A stretch of 64,000 nt of DNA, taken from NCBI RefSeq assembly GCF_963506605.1, contig NC_083276.1, positions 61,504,001 through 61,568,000 on the forward strand, read 5' to 3'. Source of the stretch: Zootoca vivipara (taxonomy: Eukaryota). Of this stretch, positions 1 through 27,500 are shown in pieces (positions within the stretch are counted from its first letter, which is position 1; the number at the start of each line of letters is the position of its first letter). The notes below the pieces were generated by a model that worked only from the letters and a program-made list of their open reading frames with translations, was not told the DNA's origin and searched no databases. The position numbers were made by a program, and so were the translations under genes.

Positions 1-65
1 GGCTAGAAAGAGAAGATTCACTCTCCTTCATAGTTTTCAGCTGCAGTAGAAAGAGGAGCTAGACG

Positions 66-201
66 CAGGCATGTCAAACCTGCGGCCCTCCAGATGTTTT
101 GGACTACAATTCCCATCTTCCCCAACCACTGGTCCTGCTAGCTAGGGATCATGGGAGTTGTAGGCCAAAACATCTGGAGGGCCGCAGGTTTGACATGCCT
201 G
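66..201. mobile_element. Palindromic hAT-type MITE (actacaa-core family)
   Basis: Long TIR caggcatgtcaaacctgcggccctccagatgttttgg. Confidence 0.8.
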
Positions 202-1032
202 ATAGAGGGTCAGTGAAACTGGACAAATCACAGGCTATAGTTGGTGTCCTAGTCAGCTTAATCACACTGCACTTTAAAGGCAATTCAATGAGCAACTCAT
301 TGAGCTTGGTGGTCATTTGATTTTAATGTTAACATGTAATTCATGGCTTTCACAGCTACAGTGTTCTTAGAGTTTTGGAAGAGGCGAAGGGCTGTGCTAA
401 CCTATGACTGGGATCTTATAGACTGGGAAGATGAAGAGGTAAGATTCTTAAAAAGTAGGTCACAATAGCAGTTTTGATGTCTACATTCAGGGTGCCAGGG
501 TTTCTGAAGTTTTGCATGTGCTATTAGTATTTTGGGTGAGTGCTGAGTTTGCTTTGATTTCACCTGCCTATGCACATACACCCCAATATGTGTGGGCACA
601 GTCTGGGCACTCCATTTGCAGGGTACCAGATCATACATACAGTAGCCGGCATGGATTTGAGTGACATGCAGCTTTTCATGTGTGAGGTCAGGGATGTGGC
701 TGCTGATATAGGGCCCAGTGATTCCCCCACAAATAAATATCCAAAAGGGACATAATGTGTGAAGACAGAATTTTAAAAAGGGACTACAAATAAGACACTC
801 AGCTGGCACTGATATCACATTGGTTGTCAAATAGCAGTTTTAAAGATATCTATCTTCAGGGTTTTCCCGGAGCAGCTAAGTGTTAAAATTCCATAATACC
901 TTATGAAGTGATATATAAAGTATATGGAGCATATCAACGTGAAAGGAAGTATTAAAATTTTTCATCATTGTGCCATATGTATACATGCCAACCACTTCTG
1001 GCATGAACTGAAATAAATGTTTGTCATTGCAG

Positions 1033-14739
<13,707 letters not shown>

Positions 14740-17700
14740 TTTATACGGAAGGAGAGTCACACCATCAAGACTGAAAAAACTCCCAGGGCGAGCTGAAGAA
14801 GATGGGAAGATTTGGGAACGAGGCAAAGGAATTCATCTGCATGTATATCCTGCTGTTGGGAAAGAATATTATCAAGCTTTTCTGTAAACGAGGCAGTGGG
14901 TGGGTGGGGATTGTGTTACCAACAGTCAAGACAAACAGCTACTTCCCCTTAATGGTCCGTGGTAAAGACTGGATGCTGTCTCAGCTGCAACTACGAAAGG
15001 AGGTGGATTCACCAAGCAGCAGTAGAATGAGCTACAACAAGTCCGCGAGAGTCATGCACAGCAGCATTCTGGAAAAGAAACGTCTGTTACTTGTAAAACT
15101 TTCATATTAAGGGCATGATTTTTTAAAACAACAACGTGTTTATTCACTCCTTCTACAGCTTTCAATTGCTCAAATGAATTTGTATTGCCTATGATGTGAA
15201 AAAAAAATCAAGCAAGATTAATTGTTGCCTTTGTGGCCATAATTTGATGCTATAACAGTCCTTGAGGCTTCCCGTTCTGTCAGGTTTGTCCTCGTCTCTT
15301 GTTGAGATTGTGGATGTGGCTCTGCCCTTTAAAAGGGATATCAGCCTGTTCAATCTGTACTATGCAGTTTGATGTTTGCACATCACCTCTTGTCCATTTG
15401 TCTTTATAAATCAGTGCAGGGGTGGAGGGTGGGGAATCAAAACAGCTTCACCATTAGAAAGCCTTAAGGCTGGGCTCTGGAGATGCTCTCCGGCCAGGGG
15501 GAAACTGGTTTCTGCATGCGGCACAACTTGTTTATCTCATACCAGAATCTTACACGAGGAAAATTACATTGCACCCAGAGAACCTTGGCCGAATGCAGAA
15601 GCCTGTTTCATATGTAGTTAACTGTGCACATAGCTCAGGTCCTGTGGTATACTTTTGCTCTCGATCTGCCCGCAGGCGTTCGGAGCCGGCTTATACACCT
15701 TTGCACTGCTCTTGATGCAGCACTTTCTCGGGATGCAATGCGACCTTTTCAGTGGTTACTGATAGTAAATGTGCAGATTAAGGTCATCTCATATCTCTGA
15801 AGTGAAGAGTCCTATCCATGCTCTAATGTGGCATGCAAAAGTATAACTGTGCAGATATAATCTTCTTGTTGAGCTACCTGGATTTTATATAGTTCACCAG
15901 CCACATCAACTTGAAATCTCATGGCATTGCAAATAAGAAGCCAGTTTTATTACCTGCCTTATGCGAGCTCCTGCTTATGCAGAATATAAAGTATAACATC
16001 ATGGCTTGCTTGTTCAAAGTTAAAAGAAAGAGGACACCCCCTCCCCCCAATTTTCCCCTTATAAAATCAAAGTATGGAAAGAGGCATGGGGGTAGTATTC
16101 AAGTATCCCCCGGTTTTATCCCTTCTTAAATTTTTGTTTCAAAACAGTACATGCCCTTGCAGGGACCTGCACTTTTGATTCTCACATGCCTACAGCTGAG
16201 AGCAATATCATTTGATGGCTTTGAAGTCATGATTTTATCTAATGATGCTTTACTAATTATCATTTATATTATCTACTACTTCGAAATGTGGAAGAAATGG
16301 AGCACTAAACTCAAACAAGTGTGCAGGATTCACTTGTACATGGGGACCAAAATGTTCCTGGGTTTTCCTTTTGTAAAAAAATTCAGGTGTAAAATTCTTA
16401 TTTATATCAACCAAAGTAAATTAACAACTCCACGCCCCCCTCAAACCTTCAAACCTTAAGAGTCACTTCATTATAATCAAGCACAGCAATGATATCACAT
16501 ATATATATATAAATAAATATTTGCATGAGTCTTAGGATGACTTCTGTAGTTTAGGGGGGGGGGCGGCACACCAGATTGTAGAAATGATCTTGTTATACAG
16601 GGGACATGCATCACATTCCATCATTTGGAATCATAAGTGATCTAATTATGATACATTATTCTAACCCTGTGGGATTTTTCTTACTATATTTCTGTCACAT
16701 AATTAATGTTTTTATATGATGACAATCTTGTTTATAGTATCATAATGCCCTTTTTATATATTGATACCCAAATTCAGGGGAGGTTGTGCAGATGGAAACT
16801 CGAATGCACCCCAACCCCCACCTCACGGGCTTCCTATACATTTCAATAGAGGAGGAAGCACTGCACATGTAAACATTGGTGCTGATGACCTCTGTTGAAG
16901 TGCATGGAAATGCCTGCCTGCACATAAACACTATGGGTGCATCAGAGTACACAAAGATCTCTGGATTAGGGGCACAAATGACAAAGTGCACACTTTATTT
17001 GTGTGCTGTAAAACATATCTTATGTTACCTTTGTTTTGCTACTGTTGAGTTTTGCTGTTACGTTTTACCTAACTGCTGATTGCCTTGGCTGGATCCAAGC
17101 TTTAAAACCAATATGGTTTGCCAAGTAGTCAAGTTAAACTATGATTCTGCTTGGCTTTTCTTCTGTCTATCCCACTCTGATCTATTACACAGCTACATTC
17201 GGATTGGTCATGTAAGAGGGTAATGCTATGCATATCTTCTCAGAAGTAAGTCCCACTGACTACAGCAGGATTTACTCCTAGATCTGAAATCCTGAGCCCA
17301 CATTTGTAGAGAGTAGATGCCATCCGACTCAGATGTGTTTACTGCTGAGTAGATATGCTTAGGATTGCATCATCAAATGTTGTTTTCCCCACACACTTAC
17401 TTGGTAAGCACATTGAAAATGCTCACTTGTGCCCTTTTGTATTTGTTTTAAAAACATGCATTATCAGTGTCTAACAATTTGCTGATCTATAGCCATTTGC
17501 TTTAGCTGAGAGAAATGCTCTGCTTGATTTGGTTTACTGTGGTTGCATTGAATGCAAATTATCTTACAAAGATATATGGCACACTCTGTTCTCAGGAAAT
17601 ATGTATTACATGAATGCTGGTTAAATATCTTTCTCTTTCCACTTTTCTTTTTGTATTTCTAAATACTTGTCTTTCCAAACAAATTACCAGTATTAGTAGT

Positions 17701-17960
17701 ATGTGCATGCAAGCTGAATTTGTGGAATCTCCCAAGCTGCAGAGCTTCAGAACTAGCATCCATGCAAACAAACTGCTTTGGATCATTGTTGATCTAGTCT
17801 ACAATAACTTTGGTCTATGCATGTTCTTTCAGGGAAGAGTGCATGAGCAGCTACAGTCTGGCTTTCAAAATACTACAGTTAGTTACTAGTCCAGAATGTC
17901 TTAACTATTACCAACTAAAATCTGTGTCTTGATGCAATCAGAAGGAACCCTTGTTCCAGA

Positions 17961-17966
17961 AATAAA
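17961..17966 (+). terminator. Candidate ANO3 polyadenylation signal (AATAAA), implying a ~3.2 kb 3' UTR
   Basis: AATAAA followed by U-rich/GU-rich sequence after a repeat-poor stretch. Another AATAAA lies near 16512, so usage is uncertain. Confidence 0.4.
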
Positions 17967-18701
17967 TATTTGTTTACGATTTGCTATTCTTATATTTCAC
18001 TCTCCTTCATTTTGCGTTGGCGTATAAATTTTGAAGTGGGGAAGGCAGTGGGGAACTGTTGGTGGGGATTTATAAAAAGAAACCCTTCGTGCAAAACCTC
18101 TTCTTGCATCTGCATTTTGAGAGGACTGAAAGTGAAAGAATCAAAATGTGAATATAGAAAAAGCTTATATATCTAGTTGGGGCTCTAATTGGCACCTAGC
18201 CTTGTGTAAGAGGACACATAACTCAAAAGAGAACGTACGTCGGTTTTAGAAAGCCCCATGTTTAATATCTGGCACTTCAAATTAAGCAAATCTTAGGCTG
18301 CAGAAACTGGAAGGACCTGTATCTGAAATTCTGCAGAGCTGCCATTAATCAAAGTAGACAGCACTGGGCCAGCTAGATAGATCAATAGTATAATGCAGTT
18401 CACACTTGCTTCATGTGCTTATAAATCTAAAGCACTGGAGATGGATTGGCACGTTACAATGTAATATTTGTCAATCGCAAGATCATTTAATGCTGAATTT
18501 GAGTCTTGAGTGGCTTTTTTAGGTGCCCACCTTTTGTATACTGGGCCCTAATTATTATGCATGTTTCCCCTATCTCTGCCCCTTACATTTTATAAAAAAA
18601 CTTTATAAAATAATATCAGAAGATAAATGGAAGCATTCCTTCACCAAGAACACAGTAATGTCTGTCCTCTTTGTTTGAAAGGCAGTTGTGTACCTCTGGA
18701 G

Positions 18702-18826
18702 CAGTGTTTCCCAAACTTGGGTCTCCAGCTGTTTTCCCCATCATCCCTGACAACTGGTCCTTCTAGCTAGGGATGATGGGAATTGTAATCCAAAAACAGC
18801 TGGAGACCCAAGTTTTGGAAACGCTG
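18702..18826. mobile_element. Palindromic hAT-type MITE (same core)
   Basis: TIR cagtgtttcccaaacttgggtctccagctg; TSD ctctggag/ccctggaa. Confidence 0.8.
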
Positions 18827-19445
18827 CCCTGGAACATGGAACCTTTTCAAACACAGAGCCACATGCCAAGGATGCGATGGGTCAGAGGCAAAAGTGGGTG
18901 GAGCAACTGGTGCTAATTTTACTTTTTACAGTGGAGTCTTTTCTGTACCCTCACGGGGCACATACACACACTTACTTCCACATTCCATCCAAACAAGAAA
19001 GATGCATTACCCAAGAATAATCTTTATTTCCCTTTATTGTTTACCCTTAATTAAAGGATGACCAACTTGTAGCCCTCCAGTTATCATAGGACTCCAATCC
19101 CCAACAGTTAGTGGTCAGGAATGAGAGTTGAAGTACAACTGGGGGGGGGCTACATGTTGTCCCATCCCTGACCTAATCTTTCAAAGTACATGCAGGGGGT
19201 GGAATTTGAAAATGAAACAAAAATATTTTCCTAGAAAATGCCAATCAAGTGAACAAAGATACCATGACATACATTTCTCATTTGGGGGATGCTGTTTACT
19301 TTATGAACGTTTACATGTACAAATGCAAACTAATGACTGTATCATTCACATTTGAAGATTGCACTTTTGTTATAAATTTGGATATTGTTAAAGCGGGCAC
19401 CATATTTCTTCAACCAATGCAACAGAAGTAACTTGGCCCTTAGTC

Positions 19446-19692
19446 CATGGGTAGGCAAACTAAGGCCCAGGAACTGGAGCCGGCCCAATCGCCTTCTAAA
19501 TCCGGCCTGCAGATGGTCTGGGAATCAGCTTGTTTTTACATGAGTAGAATGTGTACTTTTATTTAAAATGCATCTCTGGGTTATTTGTGGAGCATATGAA
19601 TTCGTTCATTTTTTGCCCAAAATATAGTCCGGTCCCCACAAGGTCTGAGGGACAGTGGACCGCCCCCCTGCTGAAACGTTTGCTGACCCCTG
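19446..19692. mobile_element. Non-autonomous hAT element (OposCharlie1/OC1-like)
   Basis: Imperfect TIRs catgggtaggcaaac / gtttgctgacccctg, subterminal tatagtccgg..ggtctgagggacagtg, 8-bp TSD ccttagtc/tcttagtc. Confidence 0.75.
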
Positions 19693-20441
19693 TCTTAGTC
19701 TGTCAACTGGTGGCAAGTCAAGTCAGGTTGGAGTTGCAGGACCTTGGACAGTTCCAGGCAGAAAATTTGGCTCCACAACAGGCATCCCCAAACTTCGGCT
19801 CTCCAGATGTCTTGGACTACAATTGCCATCTTCCACTGGTCCTGTTAGCTAAGGATCATGGGAGTTGTAGGCCAAAACATCTGCAAAGCCGCAGAGGTAC
19901 AGAGATATGTGAGGCCCCTGTATGAAGAAGCATCTACCTTGAAGGTGCTGCCTCTGGGAGGTCCCACTTCAGCACCAGTTGTGCAATTTGCTCCTGGCCA
20001 ATGAAGGCTCAGGGCTTCTTTGCACAGGTAGTGTTGGGGTCTGGATCTGGGCACAGACCTAGTATGCACTGCTGCCCTTCCTAATCCTGTTGGTTCCTCC
20101 CTCTCCGCATCAGAGACCTGCCAGTCTGGGGCCTAACAATGGGCCAGAAATATAGAACCATTGTTTCATGTATGGCAGGGCAAATCAGTGTGAAAGGGGA
20201 CATTTCAAAATTTCCCTGCAGAGCTTTGCCACTGCTTTTAGTATTCTCAGTAAAACCTGTCACAGCATTACTGAGCATTCACACAAATGGGTACATAGAA
20301 TAATCAGGCCACCCCTTTCCCCCTAAAACAAACAATGTTGCCAAAGAGGTCAGTCGTTGAAGATCTTTTCACAGCTTCTCTGATCAGCCACAATGGGAAA
20401 ATCCATAATGAATTTTAAATCACACCAAATTCTTCAAGTAC

Positions 20442-20447
20442 TTTATT
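20442..20447 (-). terminator. Candidate SLC5A12 polyadenylation signal
   Basis: AATAAA on the minus strand (tttatt on +) ~460 nt downstream of the stop. Confidence 0.4.
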
Positions 20448-20904
20448 AGGCAACCTATGGTACTCCAGAGGAAAAACTCTACAATGACACTGCTGTTTGG
20501 ACAGGAAGTATGCATCTGTAACATAGTTCATATTTTAGAATTCCATGTTAGGACCAATGGAAGATGAATACCCAAGTTGCACTGGCGAAAAATACAAGGG
20601 AATTAAAATAAAAATAAAAACTTTTTAGAGCGTTAACTGCACGTTCCATTCTTCCTGAAAAACACACACATATATGTCTTTCCATCTTTTCTCTCGCCAC
20701 ATTCACCACCACTGAGTCTTAGAAAGAATTTCCGTGTTATAAAATGACTTCTGAAAATAAAAATAAATGCAGCTTCTAACCCTCTACTAAATAATAATTA
20801 AATGCCTCCTCGGCTACTTGTAGTGCCACTGATTTGTTTTCCTAAAGTTTGGACAATTCCATGCCATTCCTATGGTTAGCAGGATGATCTTTTTCCTGTA
20901 CATC

Positions 20905-21069
20905 CTAAAAGTAAGATTCCGTCTCTATGCTTGTATTAGTGTAGGATTTTTCACTTGGGTTGTAACCAGGTAAGTGACTCAGCATTTCTTTATTGAATCC
21001 ATTCGCAAGGGCATCCTTTGCTTCTGCCTTCTTTCCAAGACCTTTATGCAGATCGTCTTCTGATCCCTC
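20905..21069 (-). CDS. SLC5A12: SLC5A12 exon 15 (EGSEDD...[12 protein letters not shown]...ESYF*)
   Basis: tctcag|GAG acceptor; 55 codons to TAG; PGYxP.xKSY motif and S-x-F PDZ-type end. Confidence 0.9.
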   Translation of the reverse strand, partial: EGSEDDLHKGLGKKAEAKDALANGFNKEMLSHLPGYNPSEKSYTNTSIETESYF

Positions 21070-21363
21070 CTGAGAAATAATGTAAAAAGAAGAAGGAAGG
21101 AAGGAAGGACAGTTAAGTCAAGAAGTGGATTAGTTTCCATTCCTCTGAGTATACAAGACATACCAGAACTTTAGGTTTGCACATTTATAGTGGATTATTA
21201 GAAGCTAAATAGCTCAGTTGGTAGAGTCTGAGACTCTTACTCTCCGGGTCATGGGCTTCCCCATGTTGGGCAAAAAGATTCCTGCACTTCATGGTCCCTT
21301 CCAACCCTACAATTCTATGATTCTATAGCACTCTAGAACAACAAATCCACTTAAAACACACAT

Positions 21364-21409
<46 letters not shown>

Positions 21410-21515
21410 TTTGGAAAGTGATGGGGAAATGCTCTGTGATGAACAAATGATGAATGGAAAACACATAAATACCCCGCAAACAAATCAGGACAAATGCAGG
21501 ATGAATGGTCATTGT

Positions 21516-21565
<50 letters not shown>

Positions 21566-24500
21566 ATAAACAAATCAGAATGAATAAACAGGTCATCTGG
21601 AGGAATCCTTATACATACAAAAAGGTCATAAACTGTAAGACAAGGATTGGGAAGCTCTATGGAAGCTGAGAGGGATGCGAGTGAAACCTGGGAGGGTGGG
21701 CTGATGCTAGTGAGTTCCTTTTCTGGCATATAAACGAACTGATTGCATTAGGTTTTGTATAGAACTACACATATAAGAACCACAAAGAAATATTTGGGAT
21801 AAAGCTTTTCTAGATATGGAGAGTTTTGTATAAGCATGGCTTGTGCCAAAAGTATTTTTTTTAGCCGGGGGGGGGGGGATTACATTCACCAACACCTATT
21901 TCTAGAAATATAGTTAAAGTTACATGCCTGAAATATTGTATCAATATTGTATATTCCATGATGATCATATGGATTAGCAATTGCAATTTACAAAAAATGA
22001 AATAAAATCAAAGAGCTGCTTGGCTTTTTTTAATTATATGTTATTTTAAGTGTTTTATGAGTAACAGATGGTGTAAATGTACAGTGGTACCTCTACTTAC
22101 GAATTTAATGCGTTCCAAACGCACATTCGTAAGTAGAAAAAATGTGTAAGTCAAATCCCATAGGAATGCATTGGGAGAAAAAAATCGTAAGTCGAAGCAA
22201 CCCTATCTAAAAATTCATAAGTAGAAAAAAAATCCTATCTAAACCGCATCCAAGATGGCGGACGGAGCTCCATTCGTAAGTAGAGTTATTCGTAAGTAGA
22301 GGTACCACTGTATGCTTGTATATTTATCAGACTATACAGAGCTTTTTTCTAGAAAAAAAAGTGGCGGAAATCAGTTCTGATGAGTTCTGGCTGAAAAAAA
22401 AGCCCTCATCCTATACTGGTTGGAAAACTGATGTTGCTGTCCAACAGAATTATAGAACATTATGTCCTTTCCTGTTAACTCTGGAACTATGGGAGTGTTT
22501 GAAAATTGTGTCTTCCATGGGCAACCAAATTGCATTAAATACTCAACTGCTACTGGGGGGTTACTCTAATGGTGTTTGTTTCAGCAGCAACCAGCTGACA
22601 ACGCAATCCTCAATCTGGTATCCCTTCAGAAACCTGCCTCTTAGATATTTCCGTTCAGAAGAGTAGCATACTGGAGCAGTGCCATATTGCCAAGATATGT
22701 GCATTTCAATTAGCGCTGGCTCCAGGATGATTGTGATAACCAACCCACTGTACATGTTTCCCATGATGGTGAATGCGTTTGCTATACAGGTGACTGGAAA
22801 AAGATAAGTTCTGTTATCAGGTTTGGAAGCACATATTATGATAATGCACTCAGCCTAAATGGGCTTGTGGGTTTAATGGAGTCCAGAGGCCAGCAATTGC
22901 AGGAAATGTGGGGAGGTTTATAAGGAAAGAGTCTCACGTGGAGTGCTTTGCTGTCATCGTGGTCCACGCCACACCAGCACAAGTGTTTACATTTATGAGA
23001 CCAGAAGCAAAACAGGTTGCAGACAGGGCGAATTAAGAGTGGCTTGATATCTTCTCCTTTATTTGGACCTTGGCAGAAGAAAACAAGAGTCAAGCATCTA
23101 TCAAAACACTGTTGTTGTTTTTGCATAACAATATTCTATGCAAAACATTGACAATGCAAAACAAAATGTAGATCTATTCTTATAACCACACAGACTAGTC
23201 TAGTACAAAATGAATAGAGTCCACGTTCCCCCAGTCAACTAGGAATTTGGATTGGGGTGGGGTTGTGGGGTGGTTTTTTTTGTAATGAACCTTATTTATA
23301 GAATTTTTATTCTGCCCTTAAACCTGAAGGTTCCTCTGCTGCTACATAATAATCCATTAAAACACAGAGATCAATACAAATGTGCTTATCAACTTGTCAG
23401 TTTCAACTGCCTCTTTTAGCTTGATCAGCCGTTCTTTGATAATTGGAATTATTGCTGATTTCCAGAAAAAGGCTAACAGAATTCTAGAGAAAAGCTGAGA
23501 TCCTTATCCCCAAGCTGCGCCCATGGGACTTTGCAGAGCTGCCACCACATCCGCAGCCTGGCAGCCATGGCGGAAGGATGGGCAGGATGTTTGCTTTCAG
23601 CAGCATCACCAATGACATTGTGTACCTGGCCGCCATTTTGCATTTGTCATATCTTGGACCTAGTGCTATTTTAGCACACTATTTGGGTAGGTGGGTGAGT
23701 AGAGGAATGGTGGCCATTCCCCCCCCCCAACACACACACACACAAAAATGGTGGAGAATATTCAGATAAAATTCTGCAAAGTCGTCCTCATTTTCTAGGA
23801 GAACAATAAAATAAAAAATGTCAAAAAATTCTCACAAGAAAATGAGTTATGAGAAACTGAAGCTCAGACTGAAAGATGAATCAGCCTTGAGAACATAAAG
23901 GCTGACCATTAGGTCCAGTCGCGGACGACTCTGGGGTTGCGGCACTTATCTCGCTTTACTGGCCGAGGGAGCCGGCGTACAGCTTCTGGGTCATGTGGCC
24001 AGCATGACTAAGCTGCTTCTGGCGAAACAGAGCAGTGCATGGAAACGCCGTTTACCTTCCCGCCAAAGCAGTACCTATTTATCTACCGACCTTCTGATCA
24101 GCCGACCTTCTGATCAGCAAGCCCTAGGCTCTGTGGTTTAACCCACAGCGCCACCCGCGTCCCACTTGAGAACATACAGCTCACTTAAATGCAAATCAGT
24201 AATCCTGTGCACTTCAAAGTACACTCTCGTACCTACGGGACCGCTTCTTCTGGTATGCCTCATGGGAGGACCTTACAGTCTGTTAACAACACCTTGAAGA
24301 TCCCGGGCCCCAGGGAAATGAAACTGGTCTCAACTAGAGCCAGGGCCTTTTCAGCCATGGCCCCGGCCTGGTGGAACGCTCCTCCACAAGAGACCAGTCC
24401 CTGCGGGATTTAACATCTTTCTGTAGGGCCTGCAAGATGGAGCTGTTCTGCCAGGCCTTCAGGCAGGGTGCAGCTTGACTTACTTTCCTTTGTATCAAAC

Positions 24501-27500
24501 AAGCCCGAAGGAGCCCCCCCCCCACCTGCTCACAGGTCCTTGTATGATCAGGGGAAACAGTTGGTCCTGGCAATTATTAACCACTCTCAAGTCCACCCTG
24601 ATAATTGCCACCTACCCAGATTTTAACTTGTCTGAATTAATTTTAAGATGCATTTTAATTAATTGATGTCTGTTTTTATTCTTATTGTGTTGTTTTTATG
24701 ATGTAAACCGCCCAGCCTCGGCCAGGGAGGGCAGGATACAAATAAAAATTAATATTATTATTATTAAGGAAAAGCTAGTATCAATTGTGTAGAATAAAAC
24801 AATGTCAGAGTCCGGACCACAAAAACCAGTAAAGCACCGACCTGTAACCGAACTGATCAGAAGCCCCGCAGCTATACATCCAAGACACCCAACAGCACTG
24901 TAGTAAAGATAGGAGAGAGAATACCACGTGTCTGCCAGGTGTGGCCTAGGATGATAAATTTGAGGTACAGTCAATATATATGACCACTTTGAGCAAGAAT
25001 TGGTTAATTTATCTTCCAATTCCCAGCTCCAGAGAAGAATGACCACCATTGTGCAACACCCACATACAAAGACTCAGTAGAAGCCCATGTTTTGCAGAAG
25101 TACTGTATGGACAATCATTATGGGTCAAAAAAAACCCCAAAACAACCCACCATAATTCATGGGGTGGGAGGTGGGGAGATGATCCAAATAGCCCCATAAA
25201 AACTCGATGGCATTTTGTAAATGTCCCCAGTGCTGCTCATTGAAATAAATTGAGAAATCCAGGATTTTATCTTAGAATTTTAAAGTGTCAGGCATAGCTC
25301 TAGTGGCTTTAGCCCAAACGTAGCAGAGTTTTCCTGCACAGAAGCTAGTTGAGGTGAAAATGACTAGTCGGCTAGACGCAGAATAACTATTTACAGGATT
25401 TATTAAAAGAAAATAAAACCAGCAGAATTTCTGCATACAAAGCAAAGCAAAATAAATCCTCTCTGTCTCTCTCTCTCTCTCCAACCATACGCAGCACTCC
25501 TACTCCTAACACCCAACAAGAAACAACTGTGCTAGCATTCCTAGATAACAGAGTTCAGTGCTGGTCGTTAACCAATCAGAGAGAGTAGTTTCCAGGTCAG
25601 ACAGACCTTGGCTTTCTGCCAAGAGTAAATTGACACTGCCTTGAGTTAATTGTGTGAAGCAAGAATCTGTAAGTTTCCCATGAGAACCAATTAACAGAAA
25701 CTGAACATTTTAAGATAGCTGGGGATTGAGCCCAATAAAGTAGAAGCAAAGGAAAGAGTTTCCCTTTCTAAATAAACTATTCTGTAGCCAACCACATTTG
25801 CTTAGAAACTCCTGCTAATCACAATTGTCTACATATTGTAGCTTGGAAGGAGAGCAGTTTAGAATCTTACCTGATGGGAGATGAAGTAGGAAACATAGTG
25901 GGTACAGTCTCTGTATTATTGACAATGCACTCAGCTGTGGAAAGGTATAATGGAAGGGCCTTTGCAGCTGGAGCAGGGTACACAAAAGCTCCAAAGCCAA
26001 CCCAAAATGCCAAGGTGATTCCAGTAAGGAGACCTCCCAAAGCACCCTTAAATCACAAAAGAAAATTAGACATTCACAGTATTTTGGAGAGTCACAGGGT
26101 AAAGTGCTTGCCAGCATTGCCAGCTGGAAAAGGGGCTGCTCATCTCTGGAACACATTTACAGTGACATCTCCATATCACAGTGGGAAATAGTCAAAATCC
26201 TAAGCCCTCCATGGGTCACGGATGATATCAATTAACCCAACTTCAAAGGAAAGAATTGGGAGTACCCTCTAATTGCACTCCTGGTTCTTTCCTTTTTCCT
26301 TTGCAGTTCAGCTTGAACTTGGGCTGGGCTGCAAAAGAAAATGCCAGTCCAAAGTGGGGCATGCAATCCTATACTTTTACCAGGAATTGACTGCCTTGGA
26401 AGCTCACAATCAGGAACTTACAAACAGTTCCTGCAGGCCTTACTGTCAGCACAGATGAACAGATAAGTGCTGCCAGCAGGGGCATCTCAGCCATAGAGGC
26501 TAGTGATGCGGGGAACCACGGCGCCAAGTTCTGGAGGGCGCTGGAGGGCACCACAGAAGAGACAGAGGCTGGACATGGCGCCTCCCCGCATCAGCTTGCC
26601 GCCCTCACCCACCTTCGCCATGCCGAGCGGCGCCCAGAGCCTCCATCCCGTCGAAGTGCTGCCCACCTGGAGGGCTGCTTCTTGCCTTTCCCATCTCCCC
26701 CTCGGTGAAGGGGCCCACAGGGCATGGCGGCAGGAGCTGCCAAAGCGCCAAGGCCCAGTATGGTGCGCGTGCTTCGCCAACCCCTTGAAGCGTGTGAGGG
26801 CTGCCAGGAGGCGGCCGGCCGCCGAGGGCGAGCCCCAGAGCCTCCACCTCTTCCCCGCTGTAAAAAGGTGAAACGGGGGGCGGCGGAGGGATCTTTGGAT
26901 GGGGGGGCACCGGGGGGATCTTTGAACCATGGTGCCGGGTGGCCCTTGCTGCCAGCAAGCCCTGCTTGGGCAGGGATTGGCTGCACTAGGGAGTTCCTGT
27001 CTGGGAAAGCAGGAGTTGCTATCAATGTCAATCAGCTGATCAGCAATAACAGCAAGCCCTGCTTTCAAAGAAGTGGGATTGCATTTCAAGGCTCCCTATT
27101 GTTCCTTTTCTGCAGTGGTGGCATAACTTGGCCCTCCAGCTGTTTTGGAACTACAATTCCCGTCATTCCTGACCACTGGTCCTGTTAGCTAGGGATGATG
27201 GGAGTTGTAGTCCCAAAACAGCTGGAGGACCACCACTGCTTTACCTACCCCACATGGGACACAGGTTGGTGTGGCATGGGTAATACAGCCAGATTAGGTC
27301 CCCAACCAGTGCTAATATGAGCCACAGACTGGATGGTCCCCCATGGCTAACATATAGGATGTACTACAACCCTTAACCATACAGAATTACCCCTCTCAGT
27401 GGTCTGCTTGGTTAAATGATGTGGTTTTTTTTGGGGGGGGGACTAAATGAGAACCAGGTTATTATATGTTTTTCGTATGCAGTGCAATGCAGTTTGCTAG

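Noticed and set aside
402-830. 142-aa minus-strand ORF, considered as a possible nested gene such as MUC15
   Set aside because: Non-ATG start and no mucin, signal-peptide or transmembrane features; MUC15, as I recall, lies in an earlier ANO3 intron outside this window.
21203-21275. tRNA-Lys-like sequence
   Set aside because: The T-arm/B-box is damaged and it continues into a CR1-type tail, so it is a SINE head rather than a tRNA gene.
26487-27188. Overlapping 117-200 aa ORFs on both strands
   Set aside because: Expected from GC-rich, stop-poor sequence; no recognisable domain, and they lie in an intron.
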